From positions 51,584,001 to 51,648,000 of the forward strand of contig NC_086386.1 in assembly GCF_036588685.1 (NCBI RefSeq): a stretch of DNA of 64,000 nucleotides. Reading direction: 5' to 3'. A model generated the notes under the pieces. It made no database searches, was not told the DNA's origin, and saw nothing but the letters and a program-made list of their open reading frames with translations. This DNA is from Mytilus trossulus (Eukaryota). Below are positions 14,040 through 27,677 of this stretch, piece by piece. The position numbers and the translations under genes were made by a program. Each line of letters begins with the position of its first letter. Within the stretch, counting starts at the first letter, position 1.

Positions 14040-14200
14040 AAAAACACGAGGCAATGTTGTTTCATTAATTCCTAGATGTGCAAGCATTTATAGAAACCAT
14101 TCAGCAAAGTTTGAACTGTTGTTGGAAAGTACATGATCAATATATTTTAATGTAAAATAAAATGATCTAGCTTCTTTCAACTTTTTATTGTTGAAAAATC
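14040..14200 (-). mobile_element. Highly degenerate Penelope-like RT fragment
   Basis: ARSFYFTLKYIDHVLSNNSSNFAEW resembles FNFTFRYIDDVLSLNN at ~40030. Confidence 0.55.
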
Positions 14201-15382
14201 TCCAACTCATGTAAACATTGGAAAAAACGATAAAACATATTACAACCTTATTTAGTAGGAGTACACAAAAATGTACCTGTTTCGGAATATTATGCATTTA
14301 AATTGACAATAAATAACCTAAAAGATGAAAAGCATAAGTCAGTATTGATCAACTAACGTATATTATCAGATTATTACATCTTATATTACAGAGTTTTTGT
14401 CAATAGATATGTGTATCGCAACCTCGTTTACATTATGTACCATTCTTTGTTTAATAGATAAGGCTTGATACAAATACTCATCAGATGAACCAGCTTTTAA
14501 ATATTTCGAAACATATTCAAAAATCCAAATGATAAAAAGACAAACATTTGATGGAAAATAAATGAATTCTAAACAGAGGACAGTCAAATATTGATTGAAA
14601 TCATTTCCAACTTCACCTTTAGATGTTATATTGGTATGGGCTTTCTTGGCCTCACGGTCATAAAACTTTCGAGCATGATTTTTGAACTCAGACTCGAAAA
14701 TCAACCAATCAAATTGCTGGATTTTGTGCTTCGATCATGATTTTTGTGCTCCAAGCAGTTAGCAAAGTTTTATGCCTTCAAGGCTTGGATACGGTAAATT
14801 TAACAAAAAAAATTCGGCTACTACAATATAAAGCGTTATTTCTTTGCATACGATCATATTAAGAGAATAACTAAACCGAAAGGAATTGCAATTTTGTGTT
14901 TAAATAGAAAGAATATAACGAGAGGCCGCCATATAAATGTGCACTGATTTATTTCTACCTTATAACAATAAAATATATGTGTTTTAGTCTTTTTTTAAAG
15001 TGTTAAATGTACAGCCATAATTATCACATAACTGGATAAAGTAAATGATAAAAGCTTTGAAAGAGAGAATGCTACTGGTAAAGAATGGAGAGGCCGGATT
15101 AAAAATGTTGACGTACTATGATTTTTGTTTTTTTCCGATTGCCTATCCAAATATCTTCAAGTAGATATCGAGATATGAAACATCACTCTTAGTCGAAATA
15201 TTTGACTTCTTACGTCAAATTAATTAAATTATATTTTAATCTTAATCTTTTTTCTAAACAATATTCTACAACATCTGTTTATTGACGTATCATTATGTAT
15301 GTATCTAATATGTATTTGCAATGTCAATTTTATTGACTGGCTACATGTATCTCGAAATGCCAATTACTCGTAATAATTTCAG

Positions 15383-15499
15383 GTGTTGAAAGAAAAGAGA
15401 AGGTAGCCTTTAGAATCCTGTTATGTTTGATAACTTTTGTTATTATGCTGTCGGTGATATTTTCAAGTATTGCCATTATCAAAAACGACAATAGTACAG
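15383..15499 (+). CDS. Transmembrane exon
   Basis: tttcag|GT...ACAG|gtatgt; VERKEKVAFRILLCLITFVIMLSVIFSSIAIIKNDNST, with a ~22-aa hydrophobic run; phase 1 to 1. Confidence 0.75.
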
Positions 15500-16849
15500 G
15501 TATGTATTTTCTTTTTCTTTCCCTTTAACTGAAGACAACGGATATTCCAATTGTTGAAGATCAATCGTATTATTGCCTGCAATTGCTTTAATTCACTTCA
15601 CTTTTGAATTTAGGTTGGTAGACTATTGTAGATATCTCATTTGCAATGACTTTATATATTCTCGCTTTTATGAGCCGTGTTTTTTTTATATATAAAGATA
15701 TGAACAAGCGTTGAACTTTCTCCAGCTGATTAAGATTTAAATGTGTGTAACGGTAAAGATATATCTGTCATAGATACAGACTTAGAACGACTGATGAACT
15801 ATGACAAATTGCCACCTATTAAGTTAAAGTTATCAAATCAATTAAGAATCACTTATAGTTATTATATATAATTGCACAGGCTTGTATTCAAGACATAATA
15901 TATATACAAAAGAAATTAAAAAAAAATAATATAATAAAAAATACAAAATATAAAATTGGCGTTACTGGCAACATGCTAGCAATTGATATGTATTTAAAAA
16001 ATAAAAAAAAAAGAATACATATCTCAATTAAATGCACATATTCGAACATTTATCGCGGCACTTGGTTCCTTGACTTCAAATAACTTACACAATATACTTT
16101 AAGGAGAAAGTCACGAGACACTTTAGTATAATCAAACAGAAACATAACTCGTAGAGTATTGAATGAAACCTCAAACATTGTGAACCTAATAGCAAAGTGA
16201 GCCTTTGAAAAAGAGAGTATTTACAAGAGCTCGAAGCATACTTCAAAGAACAATATGTTACTTCAAAATACCTCTATACGAGTGGCATGTTGAGCGCTGG
16301 CCCATTCCATGTCAAACATATGTTATTCAAGTATACCCACCCTTTTAGTCTATCTAATTAATTTTAATACCTGCAAGTTGAGCGCTAGCCAAGCCCATGC
16401 TTAGATGGTATTGACTCACTTTGCAACCAGAGACGGATAACCTCGAGTGAAAAAAACATTTGCACACTATAACATGTATCCAAAAGAACTGTCAAATGGA
16501 AAAACAAATGAATCTGTCACCCGACGAGAGGGCTGCCTAATTATCCATTTTATTCAGGGCTGCCTGAGAACTCAGGTAATAATTTTGTGAGAAATAAAGA
16601 AATGATGAAATTCATTATTACATTGCCCAAACAAAATGCTACACATGCTGCCCTTGTAACGCATTGAGTATCCCCAAAAATTTTCCGAGACAGTGGTTGT
16701 GCCAAATTGAAAATTGTCACTAATTTACATGTTTTCAAATAATAAGGGCAAAATTTACAAAAATACGCAGAAATCGATAGTCTACTTAAATATATAAGAA
16801 TAAAAATAACGAATCACTAATTTTTCTTCTTACAAAGTTTGAATCATAA

Positions 16850-17760
16850 TTATTTACACATTTTCAACAGAGCTTTACGAATGTCAACTTCAGATGTTCT
16901 TATATAACGACTGTAGCAGTCAGATTTCCAACGTCCTAAAGTTTGAATTATATGATATTGGATACCATTATAACTGCAAGTTGTGGCTGCTCCTATTTGG
17001 AAAGAATGTCCACTATATTTATCGGCATTTAAACCCAAGTGTGAAAGAATTGTTTTCAATTTGTCTATAAATAACGATCGGGGTAAAGCTAAATTACTAC
17101 TGTCTACCAATAGCGGATTATTATCTGTTGCACCGTTCATTTTTCTGGATGTTATATATTTTGACAACTGAACATATGGACAAATATTTTTATAAGTTTT
17201 AAATAGTTTAATGATTACTCCATGATGCCTTCAAAATTAACTTGACAATCAGAACAAATACTACATCATCCAAAGTTAAATTCAAAGCTGAATCGGATGA
17301 CTGTTTGCATGTAAATTCAGAACAACGCAGGAAACCGAAAAAACCTATAACAGCTGCAGTCAAAATCTAAATGCGGATCGAAAATACTTTTCTGTAAACG
17401 TTGGTAAATCTGTTGAAGCACACTATAGGTAATCGGTAGTTTTTGTCGCACACTTTTGTTTTCAGTTTTCCTTATACCATTCAGAATATTTTGTAAACGT
17501 ATCAAAGACTTACCTACATTATCTACCAAAGGATTGACACTACAATTGCAATAGAAAAATGACCTACTCCAGCCAGATATAACTTGATAGTAGAATATTT
17601 CAAACCTAACACTGACTGACAATATGATACAAAGCAAGTTGATATATCCTCGGAAATATTAGACATTTCATTTCCAACATTTTTTCCTTCGAATTGAGAG
17701 GTACGAAATTTAAGAAAACACTTATACCGAGATGTGTATACATCTCTTGTAGCACTATTA
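16850..17760 (-). pseudogene. DIRS tyrosine recombinase, fragmented
   Basis: STIKLYLAGV, KLPIT, FFGFLRCSEFT, YSGHSFQIGAAT (HxxR changed to HxxQ), LGRWKSDCYSRYIR. Confidence 0.9.
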
Positions 17761-17859
17761 ATGATTTTACTCCACAAATTATTAATCACAGAAGTCAATT
17801 CCACAGAATTTCTGAGTGGGACGGGCAGTGACAAGGTTCCACTGATGCTGTCGGACACA

Positions 17860-19150
17860 GTTGATGAAAACGATCCATCTGAAATCCAGAGAGAGCATCA
17901 GCTATAGTATTACAATTTCCGGCTACATGAGTACCGTGAATAATAAAATTATATTTTGCGGAACATTAATCTCATAATTTCTAATGATTTTGATCTTCCT
18001 TTCTTTATAATTAAAACTGTAGCCATATTATCATAGCAAAATAGGATACGCTTCCCTTGCCACTCAATACCCCATATAATAGCAGCAATTACAATCGCAT
18101 ATGATTTCATGTAAGCCAAAGACATTGATAATTCCTTATCTAATTTCATTTCTACGGGCCATAAAGCTTGAAACCATCGATTTTTGAAATAAGCCCCAAA
18201 TCCCGCGGTGGACGCAGCGTCAGTATATAAATCAAAATCAGACGCATTTACTATATTATCATCAATAAAGAAAGAAATTCCATTCCACTGATCTAAGAAC
18301 GTATGCCACAATGATAAATCATTTCTACAACTAGCATTTTAAAGTGACATGGTGATGAAGTACTTTAACAGAGTGAGCTATGTTAAGTAGATAAGATATA
18401 AACGATCTCACAGGAATAATATAATGACTCTCATTGCTAAATTCAAATGACCCAATAAACTTAACATCTCACGTTTTGTACATGTTTTGTGACTAAGGAA
18501 AAACAATAGGAATTCCTTAATTCGACAAAATTTATCTTCGGGTAATCTAGCTTCAATACGAATAGTGTCCAATATTTTACCCAAGTATTCGTTGCATATT
18601 GCTTGAATGACACCCAAATGCTAATCTAGTGTAAAAGTAATACATATTTTCCCATCTGAATCAATATAAATGCCATAAACTCGGATGAATAGGGATTATT
18701 TTAAATGCATTAGATACGTCCAATTTACAACATCTTAAGGCAAAACCGTATTCTTTGATAAATTTAATGGCATCATCGATTTAACTATACGAAAGCAAAA
18801 AATCTTCTTTGTTGATGATGTCGTTGACACTACTACGCTCATCACTATTGTGAGGTGCAGATAAATCAAGTATAAGTCTGTTCTTTTTAGAATATTCACC
18901 TTTAACAATGCCAACAGGACTAACCCTGTATATATGGGCATATAACACAATTATTGTCTAACTCTGATTTGACTAATCCGGAAACGTCATCTTGACATTT
19001 TGTAGTAGAAAGCAGGTTTTTACATTCTAAAATCTTTTCCGGTAGAGATGTCAATTGACCCCTTAAGGAGTTACGTAACCCGTTAATTAATGAATTTACG
19101 AAATATCTATCAGGATGTCAACTTATCTACATTGATTGGTGTTGTGGCAT
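17860..19150 (-). pseudogene. DIRS reverse transcriptase/RNase H, fragmented
   Basis: YLGKILDT..EARLPEDK, LSLLGHLN, WNGISFF, LYTDAASTAGFG, DNMATV..IKKGRSKS, HVAGNCNTIADALS. Confidence 0.9.
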
Positions 19151-19175
19151 GCATTAACAAATTATCATTATCTAG

Positions 19176-20380
19176 TCATATATTTGCTTGTTTGGTTGTT
19201 TTTGGTACACTTGTAGAGGATTTAATATGAGTTGACGATTTCATATTCATGTCAACATGAGCATAGCGGCACGCGGATCCCCTGTAGCATTTACCAGCGA
19301 GATAATAGTTGCAAAGTATTTTCACTTTGTGGAATAGCTTTGGTCTTCCGTATGGGTCAATATCGGCTGATTGTGGTTCAGAATACGGTGTTGTAGGATT
19401 GCGCTTTTGTACGGAATGGTTGTTTTTGCCCTGCGAAGTATCAGATAAATAACACATTTCAGTGCTATGCAATGAACGTCCACATACGCCACATGTAAAA
19501 ATGTATTGATAACTCTCCCTAAGAAAACTGAAAAAAAAAAGTTTCTAATCTTTAATTGACCAGTCAAAGGTCAAACCTTTTGTTAATTTAATTGCCGCAA
19601 CTTTCTGAGCGAAGGCCTTATGATATTCATAAAAAATGTTACCTTTAAAATTCGTCACCATTTTTATGATATCTTGCAAAAACATGTCAAGTTCTACTCG
19701 ACGATCTTCGAATTCGCACACACTGTTTTTGTGAATGTTAAATGCCTCTATGTATTCATGGATTGATTGGTCACGCTGCAGGCGATGATCTTTTGGCTTA
19801 AGAAGGAGTAGAGATCCATCTGCCTCTATTTGCTGAATATCACTTTGATTTTCATTTACAGGAATAAGCAATGAAACTAAATTAATATACTTGCCTTCTT
19901 TTATATTTTATCGCTGGGTTTGTGACACTGTTTGTATGTGCGGAAACATACCAGCAGACATTTTCCCGGAAGCACTATATCCCTGTCTTTCGATTAATTG
20001 AGATGACGATTGAATTTGAGTACCAGTATGCAATATACCATTCCCGGTAGCATTCTTTTGAAGATCCATTACTGTTTTAAGAATTAATTTCTCCTTTACT
20101 TTTAACTGTTTCGGTCAGCGATTTAACATTGGCAGATAGTTTACGAATAGTGTTCTTTGATATGATATCATTGACTTCCTCTGTGTCAACAGTTGTTTGC
20201 ACATTAGCAGCAGACATAGGTTGACGATTAGAATGTAACAAAGCTTGTAATTGTGTTAGCTAAATGAAACAGGAGCATTAACTTCAATCACATTTAGTTC
20301 TGCTATTAATTCCTCTTTTAATTTTTGCTAGAATCATTTGAATCGACAACATAAGCGGATTTTCGTTTTGGCGAAGCCAT
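19176..20380 (-). pseudogene. DIRS gag-like region with C-x8-C-x5-C-x3-H zinc finger
   Basis: KPKDHRLQRD..I.EYIEAF..FYEYHKAF..DWSIKD and CNYYLAGKCYRGSACRYAH; ATG near 20380. Confidence 0.75.
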
Positions 20381-21583
20381 TTTCAATAATTACAAATAAA
20401 AATATTACATAAAACAAACATGTTTATCTAATCCAAATAAAAATTACAAATGCAACTTAAATACATTTCTAATGTACCCTAGACAAGTAAGAGAGTGGTT
20501 ACTTAAGATTGACATGCCTTAAGCTTATATCAAACACGATAGACTATTAACTTGCGGTCAGACAATTCCCAGACATCCAAAAATAAGTCAAGACTAAGAG
20601 ATAAAGTAAACAAATGACATCTGCAAGGAATTAAACACTTACATAAACTTGAGTTAATGAACATTAATACGCATATATGAAAGGATTAAACGTTACGCAA
20701 AGAGTATATTCTAATGTTATTGTTATCTAATTATTAAAACAGTGCATGCAAACTCATCAAGCTGAGTCCTGTATGCATAATTTTTAAGCAAAACAGTAAC
20801 AGTGCTTGACCGTATTTCCGATAAAAACAACATTTTATTTCGTTATTATTGTTCACAAGCTAACTAGCTTTTGGGTGAGTTGCCGAAATTTATCGAGTTG
20901 TGGCATTAATAAACAATCAACATAGACCATACGAAGAACGTGATGAAAAGGTAAATGAATTGATCTATGATATTTTATATTTGTTCCATGATTCCCATTG
21001 GATGATAGAACATTTCCTAAACAGTTGTTTTGATTATTTAAAGTCTGTTATTTTAGAACTATTATTGAATCTCCATTGGTTGTTCAGTTGTTTTCTATTA
21101 TCGCATTTACCCCCACTTTTACAGCGTGTGGTGCATTATGGTGATAGAGGTTCTGTTGAAAGTTCACGTTGTTAAGATCGCGGAATATGGATCATTATCT
21201 TCGAAATAGTATAAAGAAAGACAATAATTAAATAGTAGCACATTAAAGGGGCACTAGCTGCCAAATTCATGTTCACCGATTATAATCAATATGATTTATA
21301 AAAATGTAAAATACTTATCCAAACTATTAAAAGTCTAAATAAAACAATAAACAAGGCACAGGCAAGCAAATACGTAGCTTAGTTTCGTGTGAATTTGAGT
21401 CTAGGCGCCATCTAACTATTCATCGAGTTGGCCTCTATAGTCATTGGATGACCATATAAGCGATGTTAACATAAATATACATATAAATAGATTTAACAAA
21501 CACGCGATGTTGAATTTATCCTAACACTACTATATTAAGAATATCAACGTTGTGTTTGTCTAAACAAAGAAATTTATTTTCAG

Positions 21584-22770
21584 GATTTGGTAATAACAAA
21601 ATGATAATAACAGAACAGGTAGAACGGGACAACAAAACAGAACTACCTGCAGAAACTAACATTATAACAAAAGCAATTGAAAAACTAGATGCAACAAATT
21701 TTGTGCTACTGTGGGGAAAACCAGGTTGTGGTAAAACAAGAACCCTGTGCAAAATTGCCGAGTATTACCAAACAAGTCTTGGATATCGACTTATTACTTG
21801 CCATAAACCGTCTGACATATTTGCTCAAGAATGTGTTACAGAGAAAATAATATTCGTCATCGATGACATTTTTGGTAGATTTGTCTTTTCTCACGAAAAA
21901 GTCCTAATATTGAAAAAATTAGGAAAACGAATTCAACAGTTCATCAAGGAAAATCCTGTGAAACTAATAATGACATGCTCCTCTGTCGCATTCAGAAATG
22001 ACTGTCTACAAGAACTCGATTTATTTACTAATAATACATTTGAATTACCTGAAACTAGTTTGATAGACAATAAAAACATGGATTCAGGTGAAATTTTAGG
22101 TATGGTAGAACATAACAGGAATTCTAATTATGAAGCATATTGTTCTCTTTTTATCTTAATACTTAAACAAGGATGCATTCATGAATCAGATTTGACGAGT
22201 GATGACGATAATATGTTAAATAAACTGATAGGCAATGTATGTTATCAGTTGAACATTGAAGTCTCAGGACAGTGGTTTACGAAAAATTTAAATTCATTAA
22301 TGGGAACTTTCATTAAGAAAGAAAATATGTTATTTGCAATTACACAAACTTCGGTTTTTGAAGTGCTTGCTGTCTATTTTGGACAGGAACTTCAACCATT
22401 ACTGCTTCAATTTGCGGACCCAGATTTAATTACACAGCATTGTTGTTTTACATCATGTTCCGATCTTGATAGAAATGGAACGTTTCGTATACAGGTAGAC
22501 AAAGAAAATGAAGAATTGTATTTTCTCAGAATAAAAGATAAACTACAACGTAAAGACCTGACCGAAGTATTTTCTGTCCCACAGATGAAATCAGCATCCT
22601 ATCGCAAGAAGTTTGATGTTTTCTTAAAAAATCTTGAACCAGATTTATTGAAAGAAATTAATAATTCAACATGCAGATTAAGAACCGACTATGATGCAAC
22701 TGCTTTAATATTGACAAGTAGATATGTCAATATTTCCAAAATATTTATTGAAGCCAAAAACTTAAATTAA
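21584..22770 (+). CDS. Terminal exon: STAND-class P-loop NTPase (nSTAND3-like) with helical region and a partial ankyrin-like tail
   Basis: Longest ORF in the window (21550..22770). Acceptor ttttcag ends at 21583, phase 1. Walker A GKPGCGKT, Walker B IFVIDDIFG, PSDI motif, YCSL helix motif. AATAAA at 22792. Confidence 0.85.
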
Positions 22771-25433
22771 CATTCATTAATGCTAAAATATAATAAAGTT
22801 AATCAAACACTGTTCTATTTGTGAAATGTATGGTTAACAAAAGATCGGCGTCAACATACGCATTCAAGCTATCTTTTTTTCTATTTTTTATTGCATTTGT
22901 CAATGTCAAGTCGTGTGTTGGGGGTCTGTTTATGTTAGCTTTATGGTAATTAGAGGTTTATTCAAAGTTCTCTAAAATAAAAGTGCTATACAGATATCGT
23001 GAGACCTTATTCCTATGTATAATATTCATTTTTTCTTATATTTAACTTGTTTAACCTTTTAGCAATAAATGTAAATAATACAGAAACCGGGAAAATGGGA
23101 TTCAGTATAAAATACTATTAAATAAAATTCGACTCCAGTTAAAAATTTAATATATATCATGTATATGGAGGAGTGAAAATGGTTTTAGTACCACATTGTT
23201 GAAAATTGACATACATAAGAACTACTCATTAGGCTGAATTCGGTCTGATTATTTCATAAGATGGATCACCCATTCCCACTTTGTCAAGTACATACATGTA
23301 ATCGAATGTAATCTAATATTGTTATTGGTTGTAATTGTTTCACAATTTATTATGGTCATACATTAATAATTTATAAAAAAAAACATGCTTCTATAAAGTG
23401 AATGTTCTATCAAAAATTGTATTGATTACATAATATATAATTTCCAAATGTCTATAAGTAAGTTATTTATACATTCACATTTGTTCTTCTAGTATATATC
23501 ATAGCAATTTTTTACTTGGAGCAAAAACAACGATAAGTATAGTTTACATGCATTATATGGTCAAATTGGTTTTATTTTTCTCTTTAAAGCTTAGTGCATA
23601 CAACTGATATGAAGATATCAGCTAAATGCAAATTGGAAAATGTCAACATCATATAAACAAATTGGTCAAGCATAATGTTAAATAAACAGGATTTCTTATA
23701 CTCATTTGACCAATCCTGGTTTGTTAAACTCTATATAATGCACCCAAAAGCCGAAGCATCCATTGATAAATCATCTTTAGCAAGCTACCCATAATTTAAA
23801 CAAGAAAAGATTAAATCTAAAAACAGTCGCACTGTGAAATATGATTAATTTTTGGTGTTCTAGACTAAACATGTGTCGTTTCAAATTACAAAGATGGACA
23901 GAATCAAATGGTATGTGTTGTTTTTTAAACAACACTTAATTAACCTAAATTTATTTATAAAAACTACATAAGTTTTATGATTGTAAATACATTGCATTAC
24001 TTAACCTTATATCAGAAATATATATAATATATATTCCATATAAAAATAAAACAAATGATAAGGAATAAACTATAAAAATAAAACAAATGATAAGGAATAA
24101 ACTATAAAAAAAACATTGTACGTCCAGCCTCAAAATCTCTAATCAAAACGACCACACAAGTTGGTTAGAATGTTTTAAATCTTAAATTACATAAAATTAT
24201 ATAAAAAATAAAAATAAAAAACATCTTGTAAAACGTAAGCCATTTGATTTCACTATATGATTAGCAAACGTGTTGAAGAAATAAAGGGTTTTCTTTTTAC
24301 CTGTAAAACACAATCAGATCTCAGGTAATTAAACCTTATTTAGTTGCTTCTAATACGCAATGTTTTTAATGTTGACAAAATTTGATTAATCAGCCTAAAT
24401 TTTTACTCAAAGTTTGGACCATTTTTTTAATAAAAAGTTATACCAATGATTGCTGTTGAAGCTCTTTTGTATTACAATTTATCAAGAAAAAATAATAAGT
24501 TATTAAATTTTCACGACTGACAAAAATAAAGGCAACAGTAGTACACTGCTGTTCAAAACTCATAAATCCATGGACAAAAAACAAAATTGGGGTAACAAAC
24601 TAAAATTGAGGGAAACGCATTTAGTATAAGAGGAGAACAACGACACAACATTAAAATGTAACACACACAGAAACAGACTAAGCATTAAACACAATCATAT
24701 GAGAATAACAAATATTACATCAAAACCAAATACATGATTTTGAGATAGATAAGTACCGTTACATGTCTTATGGTAATGTGAGTTCACACTCAAAAATAGA
24801 AGAAAACAAACGACACAACGGAAACACATGTGACACACACAGACACGAACTATAATATAACAATGGCCATATTCCTGAATTGGTACAGGACATTTTTAAA
24901 GGAACAAAATGGTGGGTTGAACCTGGTTTTATGGCATGCCAAACCTCCCTTTTTTACGGCCATGTGAAATATAACATTAAAATGACAAAACAACATTACA
25001 GGACTACAATATAAATAAATAGGAGAACACAATTGACCAAGAAACACACAAAAAAATAGCTAACAAAAGGCAACAAGTTTAAAATTTCAATACATCATAA
25101 GTGCATTTTTTCCACACTAGACTTATCAGTGACGTCCAGATACAAAAGTTTGAAAGCGGAAACAAGTTCAAAGTTGAACAGCATCGAGGAGCAAAAGTTT
25201 AAAAAAAAAACGGTCATTGTTTTCTGTTAGGTACCAGAACATCCCTATTATTTAGAATAATTTATACTTTCGCAAACAGTTAATTTTATAAAATGACTAT
25301 ACAAAAGATATATGATAACACTGAAGTATTAACTAATTACAGGAAACAACCGAAATGCATTACATAACCATGATAACCCGACAAAATGTGCAAAAAACAT
25401 AAACAATATATAGATTGATATTTCGTCTGTAAA

Positions 25434-26360
25434 AGAGAGGCGAAAGATACCAGAGGGACAGTCAAACTCATAGATCGAAAATATAACAACGCCATGGCTA
25501 ACAAAGACAAAAACAAACAAATACTAGTATACAAGACACAACATAGAAAATTTAATAATCAACTACCATAAACTGGGTTTGGTGGTGATCTCAGGTGCTC
25601 CAGAAAGATAAGCAAATCCCGCTACACATGTGGCACCCGTCATGTTGCTCATGTTATCACAAACCCATGTACAGTCGTATTCAGTAGGTCACAGTAGGTA
25701 AAAAAGGAAAGGGATAGTGTAGTTACGACAGAATAAACATATTTTATATCATCTGTGAAACGGTTGTTCCATAACAGACAACTAAATCATGATGGCTTCT
25801 GTAAATATCTACAATGCATGAAATTTACGAAGGGATTATTTCATCTTCACCATTTTGAAAACTTGATTTAATGGCTTCTGTGTGAGAAGCAACCATTTAT
25901 CTAGGACATGAAAGGAAATACAAGCCCGGGGATATAGTATCAATTGGGGGATATATAATCCGAGAGCAGGATCTGCAATAATATCTTTACATTGAAATGG
26001 AAAGTCCATCATTTGGAAGCTAAAATCATGTATTTGGTTGTTAAGTGTTGTTTTCAGCCTACCCTGAAATTTCAATTATTAGATGTTAGTCAAGATATGA
26101 AGCATTCTTTGTTGTTTCTTTTTGTATTCGTTATCTCTAGATAGATGTGATAGATGCGTCCAATATAGTCAACAAATTTTGAATTCATTCATGAGAGAAC
26201 ATCATCTATCTAACGGAAAGTAAAGTTAAAGGATGCTTCTAAATTATAATCTTTCTTCCTAAGAGGTTTCTATATAAAGTTAGTCTCGTAATGATAAAGC
26301 ACAAAGTCGGCAAGAAGAGGAACACAATTAGTTTCCATTCAAATGCCAATAGTCTGTTTA
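25434..26360 (-). mobile_element. Degenerate Penelope-like (Naiad-type) RT fragment plus 3' repeat
   Basis: Remnants of TNCVPLLADF, FNFTFR.IDDVL and DFPF..PALGLYIPQLI, followed by the reverse copy of the repeat at 13600-13838. Confidence 0.75.
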
Positions 26361-27677
26361 TGATCATCATGAAATTGACGTTTTAAGTTAACAATTTTGC
26401 AGTGTCTGAATTGCATAGGAAATACCACAATATCAAATGAAGGAAAAAAGACATCAAAAGGGTGTATTATACGAACAATAGCAACACTTCTTGATAAAGA
26501 ACAAAACAAAACATGATTCTGAAGAAAAAAAATACTGAAGTAATAATATGTTTTGTTTTGTTCTTGACCTTTACTTGAGAGGTGGTCATTCGTACTATTG
26601 ATATTTTGTGTGTTACTATTATATACGATTACAGTATACCCTGCCTTATCTTACACCTGAGAATTCCAACATTCAGCTTTAGCCGACATATTTTCATGTT
26701 CCCAAAACATTCCTATCCTTGCAGAAAAAAACACGAGTATTCAGACATCCTGCTTAATCGAACATTTTTTTCGAGTCTTCCAATGTGTCGAATAACACCG
26801 GTTACACTTTATATTAAACAGTCCTAGTATAATAAATATTAATTTTCTCACTTACTATTTTATGTTTAGATATCACTCTTCTAAAACACGTATAAGAGAG
26901 CGGTAAGATACCAAAAGGACATTCAAACTCTAAACAAGTCGAAAATAAACTGACAACGTTATGACTGAAAATGAAAAAGACCATCATACAATTAATACGA
27001 CAACAAAAACACAACAAAATCATATAAAGCCGCGGCAACAGAAACTCAACCAAAACTAGAGGATCTCACTTCTTCAATATAATAAAAAGATGCTTATCCA
27101 CATATGTCACCAGTCGTTGTACCCGTGTTGGTAAAAACCCGGTAATAAAATCTATTTTCGGTGGATCACATTAAGGAACAGTGGCTAGGATGGGAGGGGC
27201 AATGGTTATGTAGTGATGACTATATAAACATATCCTCTTTCATCTGAACTACGAGGTTACCATAACGGTCTACCAACTCATGATGACGTTTGTAAACTTC
27301 ACGAAGGAATGATAAAACTCAATCACTTGGAACTCGGAGTTCAATAGCTTCCATTTGAGTAAAAACCCTATATCAAGAAAATCATTCAGGTGCAGCTTGA
27401 ATGTTGAAACAAAGCGACGGAAAGTTCATAATCTCTTTTGCCATTATAATTTAATTTTAAACTGATATGAGGGATACTTAGCTGTATCTTGTGTATTCTT
27501 AATTTTAAGTTAGATGATACAGAGTCGTTCAACATAATCTTTATATTCTAAAACAAATGAAATACATTTATCGAAAGAAATTTCAAATGTGATTATCATA
27601 TCATTTTATTAGCTGGTATTTAATTTTAATTGCTTAATAAGGCTGCACTCCCAGTTATCAACTTGTTAAGCACACTA

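Larger units (their letters stand above)
16250..20600 (-). mobile_element. Decayed DIRS/Ngaro-type tyrosine-recombinase retrotransposon (termini approximate)
   Basis: Order on the - strand is gag-like (with CCCH finger), RT, RNase H, tyrosine recombinase; multiple frameshifts and stops. Confidence 0.9.
4852..22770 (+). other. Multi-exon gene model: TNFR-like Cys-rich ectodomain - TM - nSTAND3-like NTPase (putative receptor-STAND)
   Basis: Exons 4852-5020, 5842-6144, 9733-9832, (11988-12073?), 15383-15499 and 21584-22770 all have AG/GT boundaries. Phases match at 5020|5842, 6144|9733 and 15499|21584. One linker exon (phase 2 to 1) is uncertain. Confidence 0.65.

Noticed and set aside
16850-17167. 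Phage integrase/prophage
   Set aside because: The recombinase is linked to gag, RT and RNase H in DIRS order inside a eukaryotic intron.
20900-21175. 91-aa intronic ORF as an extra exon
   Set aside because: No convincing splice sites or recognisable motif.
21550-22770. Bacterial Avs defence gene or contamination
   Set aside because: Begins at a spliceosomal acceptor, has a poly(A) signal and is embedded among host repeats.
24040-24110. Short tandem duplications (also 54990-55056)
   Set aside because: Ordinary two-copy slippage duplications.
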